NCBI GenBank assembly: GCA_963693365.1
Contig: CAVNZM010000001.1
Span: forward strand, 11,434,161-11,498,160
Source: Amoebidium appalachense
Taxonomy: Eukaryota > Protista > Ichthyosporea
Length of the DNA: 64,000 bases
Direction of reading: 5' to 3'
Positions within the stretch are counted from its first letter, which is position 1. The number at the start of each line of letters is the position of its first letter. The position numbers and the translations under genes are program-made. Below the pieces are notes generated by a model, which was not told the origin of the DNA, searched no databases, and saw only the letters and a program-made list of their open reading frames with translations. Of this stretch, positions 47,250 through 64,000 are shown one piece after another.

Positions 47250-47731
47250 TGTTGGAAGTAGAGTCCGCTGTGACTAGGGTCGTCGTGGCGCGCTTGGGCG
47301 CTGACCCGTTTTTTACTGCTTTCAGTGTGTTAACTCCATGACTGAACTCCATGACTGAACTCCATGACTGAACTCCATGACTGAACTCCATGACTGAACT
47401 CCATGACTGAACTCCATGACTGAACTCCATGACTGAACTCCATGACTGAACTCCATGTCTGCACCTGGCAGAGACGTGGCTTATATACCCGTGGGGCAGC
47501 AGTCTGGAATGTAATCCGGATGCCAGGTGCTAATCGGATTGGTTACTTTCATTTAGAGATCTCTGGGACCAGTGAACCAATCGTTTGCAGTCAAAACACA
47601 ATTGGCAACATTCCTCAACTATGCAGATGTGCATGTGGTGATCGAGTGTCAGCGTGTGTCTGTGTACACGGAACCAATTGTAAAGCTAACATACACATAT
47701 TGTGGAGTGAGCGTAAGTCTGCACTCCAACA
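47250..47731 (-). repeat. 3' LTR (482 bp) with a 13-bp tandem array
   Basis: TG...CA ends with 7-bp inverted termini. Contains (ACTGAACTCCATG)x9 plus a partial unit, and TATATAA on the minus strand near 47481-47487. Confidence 0.95.
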
Positions 47732-48034
47732 CCCCTACCCAATTGGAGAAGTGTACACACCACTAGAGAAGAGAGAGTGAGTGTGGCTACTTGCAGGGTA
47801 GACCGGGGTGTGCATTCCACTGTGGTGCTTGCCCCGCCAATGAAGTGGAATACTTGACGTTGATGTCGCAGGCTGCTGCGGATGGAGTTTGTGGAAGCGA
47901 AAGTCTCTACTTCACGGAAATACGCTCGCGGGTGTAGGGTACAGCCTAGAAGTCGGTTTCTGGGCTCCTCCGTTCAAGGCGTCGTAGGGGACGTGAAGTT
48001 AGAGGCCGCGGTGTCGTGTCTGGGCCCATAACCC

Positions 48035-48464
48035 TGTTGGAAGTAGAGTCCGCTGTGACTAGGGTCGTCGTGGCGCGCTTGGGCGCTGACCCGTTTTTTA
48101 CTGCTTTCAGTGTGTTAACTCCATGACTGAACTCCATGACTGAACTCCATGACTGAACTCCATGACTGAACTCCATGACTGAACTCCATGTCTGCACCTG
48201 GCAGAGACGTGGCTTATATACCCGTGGGGCAGCAGTCTGGAATGTAATCCGGATGCCAGGTGCTAATCGGATTGGTTACTTTCATTTAGAGATCTCTGGG
48301 ACCAGTGAACCAATCGTTTGCAGTCAAAACACAATTGGCAACATTCCTCAACTATGCAGATGTGCATGTGGTGATCGAGTGTCAGCGTGTGTCTGTGTAC
48401 ACGGAACCAATTGTAAAGCTAACATACACATATTGTGGAGTGAGCGTAAGTCTGCACTCCAACA
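48035..48464 (-). repeat. Internal LTR (430 bp)
   Basis: Matches the other two LTRs but has four fewer 13-bp units. Confidence 0.95.
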
Positions 48465-48749
48465 CCCCTACCCAATTGGAGAAGTGTACACACCACTAGA
48501 GAAGAGAGAGTGAGTGTGGCTACTTGCAGGGTAGACCGGGGTGTGCATTCCACTGTGGTGCTTGCCCCGCCAATGAAGTGGAATACTTGACGTTGATGTC
48601 GCAGGCTGCTGCGGATGGAGTTTGTGGAAGCGAAAGTCTCTACTTCACGGAAATACGCTCGCGGGTGTAGGGTACAGCCTAGAAGTCGGTTTCTGGGCTC
48701 CTCCGTTCAAGGCGTCGTAGGGGACGTGAAGTTAGAGGCCGCGGTGTCG

Positions 48750-50685
48750 TGTCTGGGCCCAAAATCCCACCGGAAGGCCGGACTGCTGCAGGAGTGCCCG
48801 AACCATGTCGAGGAGGGTCCGGTTCAGTCGTTCGGCAGTCCCATTCTGTTGAGGAGAGCCGGTGGTAGTGATCTGATGGCGAATGCCATGCTCACGGTTG
48901 TAGTCCCCGAAGGCCGTGCCCATGTACTCGCCCCCCCGTCGGACTGAAACACCTGCATGGGAACACCGTGTTGGGTAACCGCCGCCTTGTGGTACGTCAC
49001 ATATGCAGCCAGTGTGTCCGACTTCTTGACGAGGGGCACGGCCGTGGTGTGGCCGGTGAATTCGTCGTGGAACGTCGCCAAGTACTGAGCACCACCGATC
49101 GCGGGAGGGAAGGGGCCGCTGATGTCGCTGTGAACCTTGGCTAGGACCCGGGGAGCTTGGCTAGTTGATTCGGAGAAGGCAACACGGTGGGCTTTGCCGA
49201 GGGCACAGGGCTCACACACACCCGGAGACTTGGCACCGCCACCCACCAACAGGCCTGCAGACTTGATGACCGAGCGTACAGCGTCAATGCCAGCATGGCC
49301 CAGACGGAGAGACCCGTCCTCCAGCCAGGTAAGAGTGTGCCCGATGAGCAGGGTAGGACGACCCAGGTCCTTGGCAGAGAAACGAGCATCCAGCTTGGTG
49401 AAAAAATCGTCGATGAGCGCATCAGTGGCGGCCGTCACGGTGAAGTCATCCACGTAGGCAGCAAGGGCAATAAATGTTGGGGTCCCGGCATTCTTGATGA
49501 ACAGGCACGGGTCAGCAGCACTCACAATGAAGCCTTGGTCGAGGAGATGGTCACGGAGGGCCTCATACCACTGGCGCGGTGCCTGTTTTAGGCCGTAGAG
49601 CGCCTTGTGGAGCAAGCCGACAGCATGGGGGGCCGAGGGGTTGACGAAGCCAGGGGGCTGCTCAATGTAGATGGTCTCGTTGACGGTGCCGTTGAGGAAT
49701 GCTGTGTTGACGTCGATGTGGCGCAGAGGCAGACCTTGGGCCACGGAGGTAGCCAAAACCAGCCGGATGGTAGCCAGCGCAGCCACAGGTGACTCGGTGA
49801 CGAAATAGTCCTGGCCAGGCTGCTGGTAGTTGCCCCGGGCCACAAGCCGGGCCTTGAAAGCAGTGACGTTGCCGACGTTGTCCTGCTTGACCGTAAAGAC
49901 CCAGCCGACCGGAATGACAGTGGAGCCATCCTCTGGACGGGGCACAAGGGTGAAGGTGCCGTTGTCTTCCAGGGCCTTGAGCTCACGGTGTGCAGCCTCC
50001 TCCCATTTCAGACGCTGGGGACTCTTGAGTGCAGCCCGGACAGTCTTGGGGACAACAATGGTGGAAGCCTTGATGGGTGTTGATGCAGGAGCCGTAGCCT
50101 GGGGGGCAAGGGGGGCCGTAGCAGCAGCCACGTTGGCAGTCGGGCCTCGACGTTGGTCGTTGTACACAGCGCCACTACGGGTCGTCCGGGGGAGCCGATG
50201 TGCAGGCTCGGGCAGGATCGGAATGTCCAATTGATCACTCGGCGCTGTCCCATTGGCTGACAGACGAGACGAATCAGATTGCTGATCATTCCGGACGATG
50301 TGATTGGCTGGCTGATTTGACGAATCAGATGACTCCAAAAAATGATGAATTGCCGGTGCGGTCGACCAATCAGATGGGACATCACGGAGGGGGTGCAGAA
50401 TAGCAGCCTCGTCGAACTGCACGTCACGGCTGACGGTCATCTTGTGTGCTGCTGGAATCCAGACCTTGTAGCCCTTGATGTTAGGAGGGTAGCCCACGAA
50501 GATGCCCTTGACGGCACGAGGCGCCAGTTTCGGTGTATCCTGTTGATGGACGTAGCAGGGAGAGCCCCAGACACGGAGCCGGCTGTAGTCGGGAGGAATG
50601 CCGGTCCACAGCAGGGCGGGAGACGATTGGCTGCCGGTGGCTCGCGACGGGAGCATGTTGCGTATAAAAGCCGCGGTCACAGCTG
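48750..50685 (-). pseudogene. pol: Permuted copia pol: INT C-terminus/SH3, RT, GAG-pre-integrase, INT core
   Basis: Order of motifs: LRVWGSPCY, KLAPRA..GIFVGY, SRDVQFDE; then FKARLVARG, DVNTAFLNG, LYGLKQAPRQW, YVDD, KDLG; then RLGH, CEPCALGK, VHSDISGP, SDGG(GEY), PQQNGTAERLNRTL, FWA. Confidence 0.9.
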
Positions 50686-51071
50686 TATTTCGTCGCGGTG
50701 TCCGTAGGTTCAGGCGTAGAATTCATGTACAGCCCGATAAGGTCGTACTGATTGGCCTCAGATTGCTCCAGGTAGTGGGCAGATAGGGCCGACCATATCT
50801 CCGCAGGTGTGGTGGTGCGTGTTAACCCTAGGATACAACGCACGTCAATCGAGAGTGCTTGCCACAGGTAGGAACGGGCAGTGTCGACCTGTTCACGGGT
50901 AGCCGGGTGCTCCGTACTGGGCGCGATGGTGTGGAGAAGACCAGCACCAGAAAGCTGGACATACATGGTTTCGGCCCATGTGTGGTAGTCCGTGCCTGAA
51001 TCATTATCAATGCCAGTGAAGAGAGGGATGTCGACCTTGAACTTGATGGAATCATTACGTGAGGGGCCCAT
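50686..51071 (-). pseudogene. gag: Truncated copia gag (N-terminal part)
   Basis: IPLFTG...DYHTWAETM...ARSYLWQAL...TPAEIWSALSAHY, as in copia gag. The zinc knuckle and protease are missing. Confidence 0.8.
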
Positions 51072-51076
51072 AACCC

Positions 51077-51558
51077 TGTTGGAAGTAGAGTCCGCTGTGA
51101 CTAGGGTCGTCGTGGCGCGCTTGGGCGCTGACCCGTTTTTTACTGCTTTCAGTGTGTTAACTCCATGACTGAACTCCATGACTGAACTCCATGACTGAAC
51201 TCCATGACTGAACTCCATGACTGAACTCCATGACTGAACTCCATGACTGAACTCCATGACTGAACTCCATGACTGAACTCCATGTCTGCACCTGGCAGAG
51301 ACGTGGCTTATATACCCGTGGGGCAGCAGTCTGGAATGTAATCCGGATGCCAGGTGCTAATCGGATTGGTTACTTTCATTTAGAGATCTCTGGGACCAGT
51401 GAACCAATCGTTTGCAGTCAAAACACAATTGGCAACATTCCTCAACTATGCAGATGTGCATGTGGTGATCGAGTGTCAGCGTGTGTCTGTGTACACGGAA
51501 CCAATTGTAAAGCTAACATACACATATTGTGGAGTGAGCGTAAGTCTGCACTCCAACA
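51077..51558 (-). repeat. 5' LTR (482 bp)
   Basis: Appears identical by eye to 47250-47731 and is followed by the PBS at 51075-51064. Confidence 0.95.
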
Positions 51559-52182
51559 CCCCCCCCCCCCCCTCCCCCCTTCATTGGAAAGCTACCAAAG
51601 GCCACAATGTGCACCGGAACCTACCCTCTGCACACGTGCACACAACCGTTGTTTAGTTTGTACTGGCATGCAGTAATACACCGTTTCTCTACGAGTTGAA
51701 ATTAAATATACCACCGGTGGGTAGGTGTACAGGCAGATTTTTCACTCTCCTTCAGACAGAAGCATTTTCCAGGCCTCTTTGCCGGGAAGCCTTAGGGGCG
51801 GGGGCCCGGGGAGGGGGGGCGGAGGAGGGGGGAGGGGGAGGGGAGTAGCCATGGGTGGTGGTGGCCACGGTTGGGGGGGGGGGGGGGGGGGGAGGGGGTG
51901 GGGGGGGGGCGGGGAGGGTGAGGGGAGGGGGGGGGGGGAAGGGGGGACCACAGTGACTTTCCCCGTCCAAAAATTGCTATTTTTTCACAGATTCACTGAG
52001 TTGAACGATGAATTATTATTGTTCGGCTTAACGTAACATTTTCTTCATAAATTCTTGTGTTGTCGGTTGGGGCCTAGGGTACCCGGTGCTCATGCGGGCC
52101 TCTAGACCGGTGGTGTACGGACCAGCCGGTCCGGAAGCTAGCGCTAGGGACAGGGGGAGGAGGAGGAGGAGGAGGGGGAGGG

Positions 52183-52220
<38 letters not shown>

Positions 52221-52360
52221 GGGGGCAGGGGGCAACCTCAATTGCAGCATCGAGGTTGAAAAGGTTTGCAAAGACACCCCCCCCCCCCCCCCCCCAGGAA
52301 AAAAAAAAAAAAAGCGTACAATTATCATCGGAGTGAGAGGTTTCCGCGTCGGATGCAGTG

Positions 52361-52398
<38 letters not shown>

Positions 52399-52804
52399 CC
52401 CCTTCCCCCCCCAAATGATTCAACCTCCAAGGCATGATGCATCGCATTTCAAGTGACCGCAATCATTTATGTCACAGTGGCAAGCCTTGCACATACGCAT
52501 TTTTTATTTTTTTTTATTTTATCCCGTTTCACTCCCGGAGGCACTGCCTAAGGGGAGCTAACGTCTTCCACAGTAGACACACGAATGTGCTCTCTACATA
52601 GTGCAACTATAAGTCAGGATACATAATCCCGACTGTCACTACATATTCTGGCAATTCTTAGCCCACGGGGTTGCCGCAGTCACGCTAGTGGGGATTGAGC
52701 AAACTCACTTCAACCAACACCTAGCCAGGAGTGACCCGGGGGAAAATAAAAGGGTATAAGCAAGAAAAAATGTTCGGAAAGTTAGAAACAATACAATAAG
52801 ACGA

Positions 52805-53378
52805 AGCAGTGTGTTCGTGCTGCTCTGCATGGTGGAAAAGAAAGAAAGAAGAGCAGTGTGTTGGTGCTGCTCGGCATGGTAGAAGACTAGAGCAGGGTGT
52901 TGGTGCTGCTCGGCATGGTAGAAGACACTAGAGCAGGGTGTTGGTGCTGCTCGGCATGGTAGAAGACAATAGAGCAGGGTGTTGGTGCTGCTCGGCATGG
53001 TAGAAGACACTAGAGCAGGGTGTTGGTGCTGCTCGGCATGGTAGAAGACACTAGAGCAGGGTGTTGGTGCTGCTCGGCATGGTAGAAGAGACTAGAGCAG
53101 GGTGTTGGTGCTGCTCGGCATGGTAGAAGACTAGAGCAGGGTGATGGTGCTGCTCGGCATGGTAGAAGACACTAGAGCAGGGTGTTGGTGTTGCTCGGCA
53201 TGGTAGAAGACACTAGAGCAGGGTGATGGTGCTGCTCGGCATGGTAGAAGACACTAGAGCAGGGTGATGGTGCTGCTCGGCATGGTAGAAGACACTAGAG
53301 CAGGGTGTTGGTGCTGCTCGGCATGGTAGAGGACACTAGAGCAGGGTGTTGGTGCTGCTCGTCATGGTGGAAGAAGAC
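52805..53378. repeat. 41-bp minisatellite, ~14 copies
   Basis: Unit AGAGCAGGGTGTTGGTGCTGCTCGGCATGGTAGAAGACACT, with 39-bp variants and degenerate ends. Confidence 0.95.
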
Positions 53379-53944
53379 AGCATGAAGTTCGTGCGGCCTA
53401 TTGGTATTCTTATGTTTTTCTAGAGTTTTTGACGCTTTAGTAAATTTCGTTTTTCCTGACAAAGTGCCCATGTCGCAAAACTAATAACTCGTGTTGTACT
53501 AGTCCTACGGCAACGGCTCAAACACGGCCATGTTGCCAGCGTTTGGCTCTATGCAATGGTGTGCATGCCGCCCCTTGTGCGTAAATGTGGTGGAGTGTGG
53601 ATGCAGCGGCGCACGGCCGTTTACGAAACACGTGTCGTGTTTTGTGCCTGGTCGCGATGGCCCTGTGCGTGTTAAAATTTAAGAGAATAGGAATGTGCAA
53701 AATACGCATCTTGATTGGTTGCATTTTATCTGATGAGCCCGGAGTGGCGATCTTATTGGATAGTTAACTGCTATTTTTAAGGAATCATACTGCTTGTTCA
53801 CCGATCACATATGGTTTTGATGTGATCGGGAGCCCGACATGGCGCGACTGGCTTGCACATACGCACACACACACAAATTTAAACGCTCACCCACAACCTG
53901 GTCCATCGACATACACACACACACACATACGCACGACCAGGCAT

Positions 53945-54006
<62 letters not shown>

Positions 54007-54275
54007 AAAAAAAAAAAAAAAAAGTGTGCACACGTGTACACGCGCACGATCGCGAGACTCAGTCGGCGACGTGACCTCGGCACGTGTAACACGCGCATGC
54101 AGCTGCCGAAAAAGTCCACTATATTAGTAGTGTTTCATGTGACAAAGCTCACACCAGCGCAACACACATGCACACACGCACGCACACACCAGCACACCAT
54201 GCACGCGACACACACGCGCACACACGCCGTGACAGATGAGTCGTCACCCGTGGCACATGCGTCAAACGCGTGGGC

Positions 54276-54309
54276 GGATATCGATCGATATCGATATCGA
54301 TCGATATCC
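54276..54309. other. Perfect 34-bp palindrome
   Basis: GGATATCGATCGATATCGATATCGATCGATATCC equals its own reverse complement. Confidence 0.9.
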
Positions 54310-55059
54310 AGATGAGATCCTATTTTTAGTTTTCTATTGTTAGTAACAGTTCTTTTCATGTATACTGTCATAATCATGACTGGTACAGCACAGGTATAAA
54401 TAACATTCAATTTTTACTCTGCTCTTTATTTCTAACTGTGCTTTTTGAAAAAGAGTTGAATTTTGCGTACACCGTACGTGACAAAGATATGTGCTTTCAG
54501 CCAGTCAGAAAACAGAGCTTTGTGTCAACCAATCAAATGCAGGAAACAGAATTGTTGCGTTGCTGCCGCGGTTTGATTGGCTTATCCGTGAAGATGGCTC
54601 AGCACTTACGTAAGTCGAATTCCAATGTATAAACCGCTTCAAAGCTTTGTAGAGTTATCCTGGACTGACAACTCTTCCGTCTACTTCATGTTTTTGTCTT
54701 TTTCTGTTGCTTTTTTGTTGCACTAGGTGATGAATGACTGCATGGCACGGTGTATATTTATCGGTCAATAGTAACATACAGTCGGGAAAGGATAGGTAAA
54801 AAGCACTGAAACGCTGCACTACGCGTTTCTGAGCGAGAATTCTCGGTAGATGTGTCCAACACCTCCTTTGGTGCTGCTAGAAAATTACCCGTTCGCCAAA
54901 CATCCACGCGCATCATGGTCCTGTTTTACTAAGAGCTTCTGATAGCGTGCATACAGACCGGGATGCTTGCAGAGCATATAGAACACGCATAGTCCACCAC
55001 TTATTTGTGGTGCTTTCAAGTTGGGCCTCTCCTCTTCTGAGGGAGTGTAAGCCCCAAAC

Positions 55060-63639
<8,580 letters not shown>

Positions 63640-63951
63640 ACATTCAATGCTCTTTTCACTGATGTGTTATTGGTCGGGGAGACTGCAACCGGCACACGAA
63701 ACACAGGCACGGGCACAGGCACACACACACACATGCACACATCCATTAGCCTGACACACGCTCACACGGACACGCAGACGCACGCGTCGCACACACACAC
63801 ACGACATGAGCGTTTGCACATGCACACATGTGCAAGTGCACACACACAGACGCACGTACGCACGCATACAGGCACACACATGCACATTAGCAAGCACACA
63901 TGCACACGCATGCACACCCACCCACCCACCCAGACACACACACACACCCAC

Positions 63952-64000
<49 letters not shown>

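Larger units (their letters stand above)
47250..51558 (-). mobile_element. Ty1/copia LTR retrotransposon with three LTRs; rearranged and non-autonomous
   Basis: LTRs are bounded by TGTTGGA...TCCAACA. Primer-binding site (PBS) GGTTATGGGCCC, polypurine tract (PPT) GGGTAGGGG, and gag, integrase (INT) and RT motifs are present. It is inserted into a poly-C tract that is empty in copy 1 (38525-38560). Confidence 0.95.

Noticed and set aside
47442-47780. Repeated + strand 112-135 aa ORFs (also at 48175 and 51269)
   Set aside because: They are antisense readings of the LTR copies.
52078-52108. Helitron 3' end (CCCG...CGGG hairpin then CTAG) explaining the duplication
   Set aside because: CTAG is followed by A rather than T, copy 1 has TTAG, and homology extends past the putative termini.
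52805-53378. CRISPR array
   Set aside because: The units are contiguous with no unique spacers, there are no cas genes, and the context is eukaryotic.

Overview
Eukaryotic genomic DNA with spliceosomal GT-AG introns that are packed with (GT)n/(CA)n, (GA)n and G/C homopolymer tracts. Most ORFs in the supplied track are translations of these repeats. The organism cannot be fixed from the sequence; a microbial eukaryote is likely. In order, the window holds: the 3' end of an unknown gene (+); an Old Yellow Enzyme pseudogene (-); a RING-H2 E3 ligase gene (+); and a complete 10-exon CYP86-clan-like cytochrome P450 (-) with a foldback element in its last intron. Next comes a ~9.5 kb tandem duplication. 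Each copy carries two paralogous two-exon genes for secreted precursors (signal peptide, propiece, Gly-rich segment, 8-Cys domain CX2CX2CX3CX11CX4CX3CX2C), which look like an undescribed antimicrobial or effector peptide family. A young, three-LTR, internally scrambled Ty1/copia element sits in copy 2. The window ends with a 41-bp minisatellite and a multi-exon DUF1769-like gene (+). All gene models were built by hand and no database searches were run.
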